Source of the DNA: Isurus oxyrinchus
Taxonomy: Eukaryota
Length of the DNA: 64,000 nucleotides
Reading direction: 5' to 3'
Assembly: GCA_026770705.1 (NCBI GenBank)
Contig: JANJGN010000121.1
Span: forward strand, 1,302,001-1,366,000
A model generated the notes under the pieces. The model had not been told where the DNA came from. It worked only from the letters and a program-made list of their open reading frames with translations, and did not search any database. The translations under genes and the position numbers were made by a program. Shown here piece by piece: positions 50,586 to 62,152 of the stretch (positions are counted from its first letter, which is position 1; every line of letters begins with the position of its first letter).

Positions 50586-52304
50586 ATAATATCTTCAGCT
50601 CTGACAGATTTATGGGTAATAGTCTTTGTAAAAGAGCATTCTTAATGATCTGTGATTGGGAACCGATTCAGCAGTGACACGGTCTACAAACTCACACCAA
50701 GTCCCAATCACCAAACAGCCCTGTGCTCACTTATATACACTGACTTCTTGTACGACAGCAGAATTGGAGGAGAGCAGAGGTCTTGGATGGTTGTAGAGTC
50801 TGGTGGAGGTTACAGAGTTAGACAGGTTTGTAGAAGCTAGAGCAGAATCTTAAAATTCAGTAGCTGTTGGACCTTTGTCAGTGAGCAATGGGGATTGAAG
50901 GGTCGAGTAGAGAAGCAGGGATAAATAATGGGGGATGAAGTCCGTCCTAATGTGAGGTCTCCGATAGCAATGGCCTGTAAAGGTGCCCGTTGCTGCCTTT
51001 ATTCGAAATTGCCCATGAAGACAACACAGTAGCTCCTAGAATAGACAGGCTGTTCAGTGTCACACTTCCTGTCCATTCTCACCATGCTAGATACTTCAAT
51101 AAGGGAGCAAGATAACTGAAAGAGAGAAGGAAGGCAAAGCTGTCTGTGTGTAAAACTGTCAAATATTCTGAGTTCTCATGAGCGTCTCTGATCTGCTGCA
51201 GAGTTTAAATTTCACAGAATCTGAGCACTTTGCAGCTCAGAGAGAGACCATTGACTCACTGCCTGAAAGGGCAGTGGAAGCAGATTCAACAGGAACTTTC
51301 AGAAGGGGAACTGGATAAATACTTGAAGGGGACATTTTGCAGGGCTATGGAGGAGAGAGAAGAGGTGAGAGTGGGAATAATTGGACAGATCTTTCAAAGC
51401 CTCAACTATTCACAATCTACATTAGTGACTTGGATGAAGAGACTGACTGTACTGTAGGCAGATTTTCTGACTGTGTGGTGAAGATAGGTAGGAAATATGT
51501 AAGCTGGGCAGGAAAGCAAGTTGTGAGGAGGGCACAAAGAGGCTGCAGAGGGAGACAAATAGTTTTAGTGGGTGGACAAAAAAATGAATGGTTGGCATAT
51601 AAGGGGGGAAATGTCAGGGTGTCCAGCTGATCCTATTTGTTCTGCTCTTATATTCTTATACAGACACAGGGTTTACTGACAGTGCACAGCAAAGTGCTGT
51701 TCTCTCACTTTGTTCCAACTTCCTCATTTTGTCTCACATTGATACATCAGCTCTTTCTAATTAAATACACAGAGGAGCAGCACAGGAAGAGGTCATTCAG
51801 CCCAAGCAAAGCGTGTGGGCAGTTCCTCCCCAGACGAGCAGTCGGACAGGTCCTGGGTAAGTAACGGAATGATTGGAATTCACTTCCACGACCAACACCG
51901 TCCTTTTTGATGTTGTGACTTTATAAAGACAGATTCCAATGATTGATGCCTTTGAAAGATTTCTACTGATTATTGAGATCTGGGTGTGAGGTTCAAGTCT
52001 GTTGTACAGAACATCTTTCTAGCTCAAGGGATGAGACAAGTGCAGAGACATGAGATTTGGGATGTCCTAGATGGTGAAAAGCACTATTGAAATGCAAGTC
52101 CTTCCTTGCTTTTCTTTCTTAAAGCCTTGTAGCTCACTGCAGAGCACCTATCATCCCGCAGAGAACCAAATTAGTCTATGAAGACATTGTCTAAAAGCAG
52201 TTCTGATCTCTCGAGAGCTGTCGGACAAGAGGTGAGGTCTCATTAAATCCATTTTCTTTCAGAGCTTGAGAGTGAGAAACTGATGAAATATCTGGGAGTG
52301 GACA

Positions 52305-52344
52305 ATGATCGGGAAATCTTACTTCGTCCTGTCGCTTCTCCAAG
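52305..52344 (+). CDS. Leader exon, unit 18, MIGKSYFVLSLLQ (intact)
   Basis: Read from sequence. Confidence 0.7.
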
Positions 52345-54066
52345 GTAATATCATCAGCTTGAACAGATTTATGGTTAATAGTCTTTGTAAAAGATCATTC
52401 TCATTGAGCTGTGATTGGGAACTGATTCAGCAGTGAGCCAATGTACAAACTCAAACCAAGTCTCATTCACCCATCACAACTGTGCTCACTGGTATACACT
52501 GACTCCCTGTCTGACTGCAGAATTGGAGGAGAGCAGAGATCCTGGATGGTTGTAGAGGCTGGAGGAGGTTACATACTTAGGCAGGATAGTAGCAGCGAGA
52601 GCAGAATCTTAAAATTCAGGTGATGTCGGACATTGGACATTGAGCAATGGGGATTGATGGGTTGAGTAGAGAAGCAGGGATAAATACTGGGGAATGTAGT
52701 CTATTCTGCTGCAAGGTCTCCGATAGCAATGGTCTGAAATTTGTGTCCTTTGCTGCCTTTATTCAAAATATCCCATGAAGACAACACAGCAGCTCCTAGA
52801 ATAGACAGGCTGTTCAGTATCACGCTTCCTGTCCAGTATCACCATGCTAGATACTTCAATAAGGGAGCAAGATAACTGAAAGAGAAAAGGAAGGCTAAGC
52901 TCTCTCTGTGTAAATGTCTCAAATATTCTGAGTTCTCATGATTGTCTCTGATCTGCTACAGAGTTTAAATTTCACAGAATCTGAGCACTTTGCAGCTCAG
53001 AGAGAGACCATTGACTCACTGCCTGAAAGGGCGGTGGAAACAGATTCAACAGGAACTTTCAGAAGGGGAACTGGGTAAATAGTTGAAGGGGACATTTTGT
53101 TGGGCTGTGGTGGAGAGAGCAGATCTGAGAGTGGGAATAATTGGACAGATCTTTCAAAGCCTCAACTATTCACAATCTACAGTGGCGACTTGGATGAAGA
53201 GACTGACTGTACTGTAGACAGATTTTCTGTCTGGTGCAGATAGGTACGAAATATATAAGCTGTGCAGGAAAGCAAGTTGTGAGGAGGGCACAAAGAAGCT
53301 GGAGAGGCAGATAAATAGTTTCAGTGAGTGGATAAAAAAATGAGTGGTTGGCATATAAGGAGGGAAAATGTCAAGGTGTCCAGCTGATCCTACTTGTTCT
53401 GCTCTTATATTCTTATACAGACACAGGGTTTGCTGACAGTGCACAGCAAAGTGCTGTTCTCTCACTTTGTTCCAACTTCCTCATTTTGACTCACAGTGAA
53501 ATATCAGCTCTTTCTAATTAAATACACAGATGGATCAGCACAGGAAGAGGTCATTCAGCCTTAGCAGAGCGTGTGGGCATGTTCCTCCCCAGGCGAGCAG
53601 TCGGACAGGTCCTGGGTAAGTAACGGAACAATTGGAATTCACTTCAATGACCAGCACCGGGCTTTAGTTGATGTTGTGACTTTATAAAGACAGATTCCAA
53701 TGATTGATGCCTTTGAAAGATTTCTACTGATTATTGAGATCTGGGTGTGAGGCTCAAGTCTGTTGTACAGAACATCTTTCTAGCTCAAGGGATGAGGGAC
53801 GTGCACAGACATGAGCTTTGGGATGTCCTGAGGTGGTGAAAGGTGCTATAGAAATGCAAGTCCTTCCTTGTTTTGTTTTCTTAAAGCCTTGTAACTCTAT
53901 GTAGAGCACCTATCATCGCACAGAGAATCAAATTAGTCAGTGAAGACATTGTTTAAAAGCAGTTCTGATCTCTCGACCGCTGTCGGACAAGACGTGAGGT
54001 CTCATTAAGACCTTTCCCTTTCAGACCTTGAGAGTAAGAAGCTGATGGAATATCTGGGAGTGGACA

Positions 54067-54106
54067 ATGATCGGGAAATCTTACATCTTGCTGTCACTTC
54101 TCCAAG
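54067..54106 (+). CDS. Leader exon, unit 19, MIGKSYILLSLLQ (intact)
   Basis: Read from sequence. Confidence 0.7.
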
Positions 54107-55814
54107 GTAATATCATCGTCAGCTCAGACAGTTTTATGGTTAATAGTCTTTGTAAAAGATCATTCTTATTGATCTGTGATTGGGAACTGATTCAGCAGTG
54201 AGCCAGTGTACAAACTCATACCAAGTCCCATTCACCCATCACCCCTTTGCTCACTGATGTACACTGACTCCCTGTCTGACAGCAGAATTGGAGGAGAGCA
54301 GAGGTCTTGGAGGGTTGTAGGGGCTGGAGGAGGTTACAGAGTTGGGCAGGATTGTAGTGGCGAGATCAGATGTCGGGCGTTGGCCAGTGAGCGAGAGGGA
54401 TGATGGGTTGGGCAGGAAATCAGGGATGTAAACTAGGGGATGAAGTCTATCCCGATGCTAGGACTATGACAGCTATAAGCTGAAATTAGTGTCTGTTGCT
54501 GATTTTAGTCAGAATTTCCCATGAAGGCAACACAGCAGCTCCTAGAATAGACAGGCTGTTCAGCATAACACTTCCTGTCCATTCTCACCATGCTAGAAAC
54601 TTTGATAAGGGCGCAAGATAACTGAAAGAGAGAAGGGAGGCAAAGCTGTCTGTGTGTACAACTGTCAAATATTCTGAGTTCTCATGAGTGTCTCTGATCT
54701 GCTGCAGAGTTTAAATTTCACAGAATCTGAGCACTTTGCAGCTCAGAGAGAGACCATTGACTCACTGCCTGAAAGGGCGGTGGAAGCAGATTCAATAGGA
54801 ACTTTCAGAAGGGGAACTGGATAACTACTTGAATGGGACATTTTGTAGGGCTGTGGAGAAGAGAGCAGAGGTGAGTGTGGGAATAATTGGACAGATATTT
54901 CAAAGCCTCAACTATTCACAATCCACATTAGTAACTTGGATGAAGGGACTGACTGTACTGTAGACAGATTTTCTGACTGTATGGTGCAGATAGGTACTAA
55001 ATATTTAAGCTGGGCAGTAAAGCAAGTTGTGAGGAGGACACAAAGAGGCTGCAGAGGGAGATAAATAGTTTCAGTGAGTGGATAAAAAAATGAGTGGATG
55101 GAATATAAGGAATGAAAATGTCAGGGTGTCCAGCTGATCCTATTTGTTCTGTTCTTATATTCTTATACATACACAGGGTTTACTGACAGTGCACAGCTAA
55201 GTGCTGTTCTCTCACTTTGTTCCAGCTTCCTCATTTTGACTCACAGTGACACATCAACCCTTTCTAATTAAATACACAGAGGGAGCAGCACAGGATGAGG
55301 TCATTCAGCCCAAGCAGAGCGTGTGGGCAGTTCCTCCCCAGACGAGCAGTCGGACAGGTCCTGGGTAAGTAACGGAACGATTGGAATTCACTTCCACGAC
55401 CAACACTGTCCTTTGTTGATGTTGTGACTTTCTAAAGACAGATTCCAATGATTGATGCCTTTGAAAGATTTCTACTGATTATTGAGATCTGGGTGTGAGG
55501 TTCAAGTCTGTTGTACAGAACATCTTTCTAGCTCAAGGGATGAGGGAAGTGGAGTGACATGAGCTTTGGGATGTCCTGAGGTGGTGAAAGGTGCTATAGG
55601 AATGCAAGTCCTTCCTTGTTTTTCTTTCTTTAAGCCATGTAACTCTCTGTAGAGAACCTATCATCCCACAGAGAATCAAATTAGTCTGTGAAGACATTTT
55701 CTACGAGCAGTTCTGATCTCTTGAGAGCTGTCGGACAAGAGGTGAGGTCTCATTAACTCCTTTCTCTTTCAGAGCTTGAAAGTGAGAAACTGATGAAATA
55801 TCTGGGAGTGGACA

Positions 55815-55854
55815 ATGATCGGGAAATCTTACTTCGTCTTGTCGCTTCTCCAAG
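55815..55854 (+). CDS. Leader exon, unit 20 (V-proximal), MIGKSYFVLSLLQ; whole exon 55773-55854
   Basis: Phase-1 donor joins V exon 58820 to give MIGKSYFVLSLLQ-VGLSQ-EWK; no other leader seen between 55854 and 58820. Confidence 0.85.
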
Positions 55855-57032
55855 GTAATATCGTCAGCTTGGACATATTTATGGTTAATAGTCTTTGTAA
55901 AAGAGCATTATTATTGATCTGTGATTGGGAACCGATTCAGCAGTGACTCAGTGTACAAATTCACACCAAGTCCCAATCACCGAACAGCCCTGTGCTCACT
56001 TATATACACTGACTCCTTGTAAGACAGCAGAATTGGAGGAGAGCAGAGGTCTTGGATGGTTGTAGAGTCTGGAGGTGGTTACAGAGTTAGACAGCTTTGT
56101 AGCAGCTGGAGCAGAATCCAGGTGCTGTCGGACTTCGGTCAGTGAGCGATGGGGATTGACGGGTTGAGTAGAGAGGCAGGGATAAAAACTGGGGTATGAA
56201 GCCTATCCTAATCTGAGGTCTCCGATATCAATGGCCTGAAATTTGTGTCCTTTGCAGCCTTTATTCAAAATTGTCCATGAAGACAACACAGCAGCTCCTA
56301 GAATAGACAGGCTGTTCAGTGTCACACTTCCTGTCCATTCTCACCATGCTAGATACTTCAATAAGGGAGCAAGATAACTGAAAGAGAGAAGGAAGGCAAA
56401 GCTGTCCGTGTGTAAAACTGTCAAATATTCTGAGTTATCATGATTGTCTCTGACCTGCTGCAGAGTTTAAATTTCACAGAATCTGAGCACTTTGCAGCTC
56501 AGAGAGAGACCATTGACTCACTGACTGAAAGGCCGGTGGAAGCAGATTCAACAGGAACTTTCAGAAGGGGAACTGGATAAATACTTGAAGGGAAATTTGC
56601 AGGGCTGTGTGAAAGTTGCTGGTGAGGAATTGGGAAAGAGTCAGCACAAGCACGATGAGTCAAATGAGCTCCTCCTGTGTTGTATCATTCAACAATCAGA
56701 CAATTTAAGACCCTTATCAGCAAATCTTCAGAATCCTGCTGAATCATAGATGTTTCAGAAGGACAGGGAACAAGAGGTTTCTGGTATCAGCGTTTCATGT
56801 GGGGCCCAGTTCAGTTTGAACAAATAAACAACACCATCTTTGAAAGTCATGAGCCCACCACAGCGGCACCTCCGACACATGCAGAGCTCAGGCTAGAGGC
56901 ACTTTGTTAGTGTGTTTCACAGTCTCTGCTGGAGTAGGGTCAGTGCTGAGCTTGGGGACAAGTCAGTCTACAATGCTGCATCGGAATCAACAATACAACA
57001 ATATGGGGTTTGGATCAGAAATAATCCCTTAG

Positions 57033-57140
57033 ACAATGAGGATCCAAAGAGATTCCTTTGGCAGTGAGGATCCAAAGAGATTCCTCAGACAATGAGGATC
57101 TAAAGAGATTCCTTTGGCAGTGAGAATCCAAAGAGATTTC
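57033..57140. repeat. ~27-29 bp tandem repeat (CAATGAGGATCCAAAGAGATTCC...), 4 copies
   Basis: Visible. Confidence 0.8.
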
Positions 57141-57299
57141 TTATTCCATTGGTTGTCTAACTGGGGTCCATGATTTTCCAAGGGGTCCTTGGCAGAATGA
57201 AATTATCGAGCAATAGTGTGTAAAATACCGGAGAGAACGGGAAAGGTGGGATAAATGGAAAACTGTTCACTCTGTTTACACTAATGGGAGTCAGTCTCA

Positions 57300-57550
57300 G
57301 TAATGGAGACCATGAAACTATCATTGATTGTCATACACACCCATCTGGTTCACTAATGGCCTTTAGGGAAAGAAATCTGCCGTCTATATCTGGTCTGGCC
57401 TACATGTGACTCCAGACTGATGGGAACTTGTCTGACTCTTCAACAGTCCTCTGAAATGTCCGAGCAATCCCCTCCATTCGAGGGACATTAGGGATGAGCA
57501 GCAAATGCTGGCCTTGGCAGCGACGCCCACATCCCATGAATGAATACATT
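57300..57550 (+). mobile_element. SINE 3' portion
   Basis: Homologous to 8355-8710. Confidence 0.7.
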
Positions 57551-58319
57551 TACAAAATCTTATTACTTGGAAGGTGCAAGTGCAGGTTGTTATGATCCTT
57601 GAGCAGACCCTCTCAGCACTGACCCTACTCCAGCAGACCCTGCGAAACACACTAACAAAGCGCCTCTCGCCTGAGCTCTGCATGTGTCGGAGGTGCCGCT
57701 GCGGTGGGTTCATGACTTTCAAAGATGGTGTTGTTTATTTGTTCAAACTGAACTGGGCCCCACACAAAACGCTGATACCAGAAACCTCTTGTTCCCTGTC
57801 CTTCTGAAATATCCGTGACTTCAGCAGGATTCTGAAGAGTTGCTGATGGAGGAACAGGCACCCAATTTTTTGGGATAATTTACAGTTAGGAACCAATAAT
57901 ATTTTGTTTCAAGTAGATGAGGTTTGAGATTTAAGATGCTTGCGAAGAGAATAAAGCTACAAGATTCCATGGCTTTTAAACAAACAAAAATAAACTTTAC
58001 TGCACCAGTTCAGAAAGATAAAATAATTCACAATATCCACCTTATAGCCTAATATTCTGTGAAGAGAATAACTAGAGGCCGAGTGATTGGTGATTCCTTA
58101 AACATTGAAGAGGGAATGAACACCAATCAGATTGAATCAGATTAGCCAATCAGCTGTATTGAAGAGCAGACAGGAATGTTAGGCTAATTAGTGATTCATG
58201 ACGGTGATAATGGGGGGAGTTCTGAGGGCTCCTAATCCATTGTCCTGTCTTGTAAATCAGCACTGAATGGATCTCAATGGTGCGTCTTGTGTTGGGTGGA
58301 AGACTGGCTTCACTAAGGG

Positions 58320-58580
58320 GAAGCGGTAGCAGAGAGGTATTGTCACTGGGCTAGTATTCCAGAGGCCCAGGGTGATGCTCTGGGGCCCTGGGTGTGAATC
58401 CCATCACGGCAGATGAATGAAATTAAAAAGCCTGGTTCACTGATCACCTATAGGGAAGGAAATCTGCCACCCTTACCCAGTCTGGCCTACATGTCACTCC
58501 AAACCCACAGCAATGTGGTTGACTCTTAAATGCCTCTGATGGGTATGGGATGGGTAATAAATGCTGGGCACATGCCATTA
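58320..58580 (+). mobile_element. tRNA-derived SINE
   Basis: Homologous to 8355-8710. Confidence 0.7.
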
Positions 58581-58819
58581 ACGAATAATTTGAAAAAAGC
58601 TAAACAGGGTCCTGAGGACCATGAGCCAATGTAGAATGAACTTGTCCACTCCTGTGTCCAGGATTCTCTTCCATCCAATGTGAAACCTTGGGGAGATCCC
58701 TGTGTGTCCTGTAGATGGTCCACACTGCAGCAGTGTGCCCCAGTGATGGAGGGAGTGGATATCGAATCCAGTGGATCTACAAACCATCCAGAGTTAAATA
58801 TTGATATTTCTCTCCCCAG

Positions 58820-59188
58820 TTGGACTGTCACAAGAGTGGAAAGGTGACACTCCACGAGAGGTGACAGCGCAGGAAGGTTCGTGTGTACAGATTCCATGTC
58901 ATTACAGTTATCCATCACATTTGGAAAACCAGCCACGAGTCGGAGTCTGGTTTAATAACGAGAATCAGATTCCTGGATCTCCCATAGCCTTTCACTCCAA
59001 GGATCACAGTCACGAGTTACCACGGTTCCGCCAACGGACCCGGCTGTCTGGAGACCTGAAAGATGGCGACTGTTCCCTGATTATAAACAACATCAGACGG
59101 GAAGATGCAGGACCTTATTTTTTCAGAATAGAATTTGACCGAAGTAATAGATACAACTACTATCCTGTAACCCGGCTTCACATTTCTG
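58820..59188 (+). CDS. Siglec V-set exon, locus B (intact, essential Arg present)
   Basis: AG/GT, phase 1/1, 369 nt; GSCVQIPC, GVW, RTRLSGD..GDCSLIINNIRREDAGPYFFRIE; B-E strand Cys pair characteristic of Siglecs. Confidence 0.92.
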
Positions 59189-59588
59189 GTAAGTGCTGTG
59201 TTATAATTACTCAACAATTCACATTCAACACTCAATGGGAAATAACACAAACTGTGACGTTTACGTATTAACACAAAACACAGCTTATTATAACAGACTG
59301 TCTGATTCTCAATAACTGGGTGATAGCTTCCAGTTCAGTCCTAAAGCAACCTCTAATACTCACTTTAATATCAATAATTAAATGTATTGACTGTGTCCAT
59401 CAATGTTATCAGGATATCCACTCCCATCGATCTCTCTAATCCTGTTTAAAAATATTTCCTGATCATTGTAACCTCTCAGATCTGATATCATCCTTGTAAA
59501 AGTGCTTTCTCTTGTGGGACTGTGACTTCTATTTGAACTGATGCTTCATGTTATATTTCTCTAAAAGGATCCATTCTCTGTCTGTTAG

Positions 59589-59885
59589 ATTTCACAGATA
59601 AACCCACGATATTTCCTGCTGAAATTATTGCAGGAAAGCGTGTGGATGTAAGATGCACCTTCAACACAACGTGCAATGGAACAGCAGCACCTGTCTTAAC
59701 CTGGGACACTCCCACTGACATACCTGGATCAGTCTCAAACACTGTAACTCAGCATGGTGTCACTCTGACCTATACTTCTGTTCTGACCCTGATCCCATCA
59801 CTCAAACACCACGGACACACTCTCAGCTGCAGAGTGAGATATCCATCTGTTTCATCGGAGCGGACCCTCGTACTAACGGTGCAAT
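59589..59885 (+). CDS. Siglec domain-2 C2-set exon, locus B
   Basis: 297 nt, phase 1/1; DFTDKPTI..VRCTFNTTC....PVLTW..SVLTLIP...HHG..LSCRV; extra Cys available for the D1-D2 disulfide; alternative in-frame acceptor 9 nt downstream. Confidence 0.9.
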
Positions 59886-60029
59886 GTAAGTATGGACATC
59901 CTTCATTCTACATTATCTTGAAAGGCCTACATCGTACACAGCAACTGCATTGTGCTTGATAACAAGTCAGTAGTCTTTAACTGATAGAAATTCAACTCTG
60001 ACACTGCAGCATAACCTCAGTAATGACCC

Positions 60030-60390
60030 CATGACAATGCAGCACTCTCATAGAACTGACGCTCCGACAGTGCAGTACTCCCTCAGTACTGACCCTCCAA
60101 CAGTGCAGCACTCCCACATTACTGACCCTCTGACAGTGCAGCACTCCCTCAGTACTGACCCTCTGACAGTGCAGCACTCCCTCAGTACTGACCCTCTGAC
60201 AGTGCAGCACTCTCTCAGTACTGACCCTCGGACAGTGCAGTACTCCCTCAGTACTGACCCTCGGACAGTGCAGTACTCCCTCAGTACTGACCCTCTGACA
60301 GTGCAGCACTCCCTCATTACTGATCTTCGGACAGTGCAGTACTCCCTCAGTACTGACCCTCCAAATGTTCAGCACTCCCTTAGTACAGGA
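60030..60390. repeat. 33-bp minisatellite
   Basis: Visible. Confidence 0.9.
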
Positions 60391-60520
60391 CTGTAGTGAC
60401 TGCCTCGATAATGTGCTTTGTGGTAATGGAATCGCCATTGATATCACACCTTTCACATTCTCAGGGTCTCTCAAATGTTTAACAGTCAATGTAAGTTAAC
60501 TGATCTATATTTGTTTTTAG

Positions 60521-60802
60521 ATGCACCACAGAATCTCTCAATTAATTCTCTTGATATGATTAACGCTTCATTAATCAATATAATTGAGGGGAATTCTGCA
60601 GTGATAATCTGCTCTGTCGAGAGCTTCCCAGCTTCTAACCTGACGTGGCGACATCTTAATGTCCCAATGAACAGAACAAGTTCCAACAATGAGCTGTGGT
60701 TGGTGTTTCCTCACGTTACATCCAGGGACACTGGAGACTATCAGTGTGTGGCAGAGAATGAACATGGAGCAGTGGAGGGATTCATAGCCATCACTGTGGA
60801 AC
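60521..60802 (+). CDS. C2-set Ig exon (domain 3), locus B
   Basis: 282 nt, phase 1/1; IEGNSAVIICSVESFPASNLTW...DTGDYQCVAENEHG. Confidence 0.9.
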
Positions 60803-60829
60803 GTGAGTTAACACAAACTGCAATAACAC

Positions 60830-60970
60830 NNNNNNNNNNNNNNNNNNNNNNNNNNNNNNNNNNNNNNNNNNNNNNNNNNNNNNNNNNNNNNNNNNNNNNN
60901 NNNNNNNNNNNNNNNNNNNNNNNNNNNNNNNNNNNNNNNNNNNNNNNNNNNNNNNNNNNNNNNNNNNNNN
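60830..60970. other. N gap
   Basis: Run of N. Confidence 0.99.
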
Positions 60971-61353
60971 TGCAATCCCACATGTGCACAGGTGTGTACA
61001 CCTGCATGCTCACACACAGAAGCATACATACAGAATCACACGTGTGCTTGCTCACACACACACAGACATGTGTGAGTTGTCTGTTCTCCCTGTGCTGCAC
61101 TGGAGTGTTGCTCCAGATTCTGCTCTGAAACACTGACGACATCAGCTGAACAAGACCCTGTATTGGACGAGCAGCCCCCTGCACAGAGAATTGTAGGTTT
61201 ATCACTCAATACCCCATTATTCTAAAGCAATTCCTCCACTGTCAAATCCCCGTGAACATCCTGATGATGTGAAAGACATTTTCTTTTCTTCTAGCCCGAC
61301 AGTGTCTCCTCTGGTGGAAGGCTGTAATTACAGCGTGACAGTTTACATTTCCA

Positions 61354-62152
61354 CATAAGACCATAAGACAAAGGAGTAGAAATTAGGCCATTCGGCCCAT
61401 TGAGTCTGCTCTGCCATTCAATCATGGCTGATAAGTTTCTCAACCCCATTCTCCCACCTTCTCCCCGTAACCTTTGATCCCCTACCAATCAAGAACCTAT
61501 CTATCTCGGTCTTAAATACACTCAATGACCTGGCCTCCACAGCCTTCTGTGGCAATGAATTCCACAGATTCACCACGCTCTGGCTAAAAAAGTTTCTCCT
61601 CATCTCTGTTCTAAAAGGTCTTCCCTTTACTCTGAGGCTGTGCCCTCGGGTCCTAGTCTCTCCTACTAATGAAAACATCTTCCCCATGTCCACTCTATCC
61701 AGGCCTTTCTGTATTCTGTAAGTTTCAATCAGATCTTCCCTCATCCTTCTAAACTCCATCGAGTATAGACCCAGAGTCCTCAAACACTCCTCATATGTTA
61801 AGCCTTTCATTCCTGGGATCGTTCCCGTGAACCTCCTCTGGACCCTCTCCAGGGCAAGCACATCCTTCCTGAGATACGGGGCCCAAAATTGCTCACAATA
61901 TTCTAAATGTGGTCTGACTAGAGCCTTATAAAGCCTCAGCAGCAGATCCCTGCTTTTATATTCTAGTCCTCTCGAAATAAATGCCAACATTGCATTTGCC
62001 TTCCTAACTACCGACTCAACCTGCAAGTTAACCTTAAGAGAATCCTGGACTAGGACTCCCAAGTCCCTTTGCACTCCAGATTTCTGAATTCTCTCCCCAT
62101 TTAGAATATAGTCTAAACCTCTATTCTTCCTACCAAAGTGCATGACCTCACA
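61354..62152 (-). mobile_element. Young 5'-truncated CR1 LINE
   Basis: Uninterrupted RT C-terminal frame (CEVMHFGRKN...LYKALVRPHLEYC...WNSLP) and short-repeat tail; absent from the paralogous intron copy. Confidence 0.92.

Larger units (their letters stand above)
21800..56607 (+). repeat. Tandem array, 20 x ~1.76 kb; each unit = promoter-like region + non-coding exon + signal-peptide exon of Siglec-like locus B
   Basis: Landmark GGACAGGTCCTG(G/A)GTAAGT counted 20 times between ~22250 and ~55365; one unit shortened by deletion. Confidence 0.95.
56716..57847. repeat. Inverted repeat, arms 56716-56950 and 57612-57847
   Basis: Arms are near reverse complements, ~235 bp each, ~660 bp spacer. Confidence 0.9.

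Noticed and set aside
23392-54403. Recurrent 60-97 aa ORFs in the array (MFCSYILIQTQ.., MQLRERPL.., MYKLTPS..)
   Set aside because: Mostly non-ATG starts, broken in many units, partly CR1-derived, and crossing splice sites
21800-56607. Array as a 5S rRNA, snRNA or tRNA gene cluster
   Set aside because: No recognisable structural RNA sequence in the unit; an Infernal/Rfam scan would settle it
21800-59188. RAG-type rearranging locus
   Set aside because: CACAGTG occurs in the units, but I saw no correctly spaced ACAAAAACC nonamer, and the V exon is a complete Siglec-type domain including its G strand
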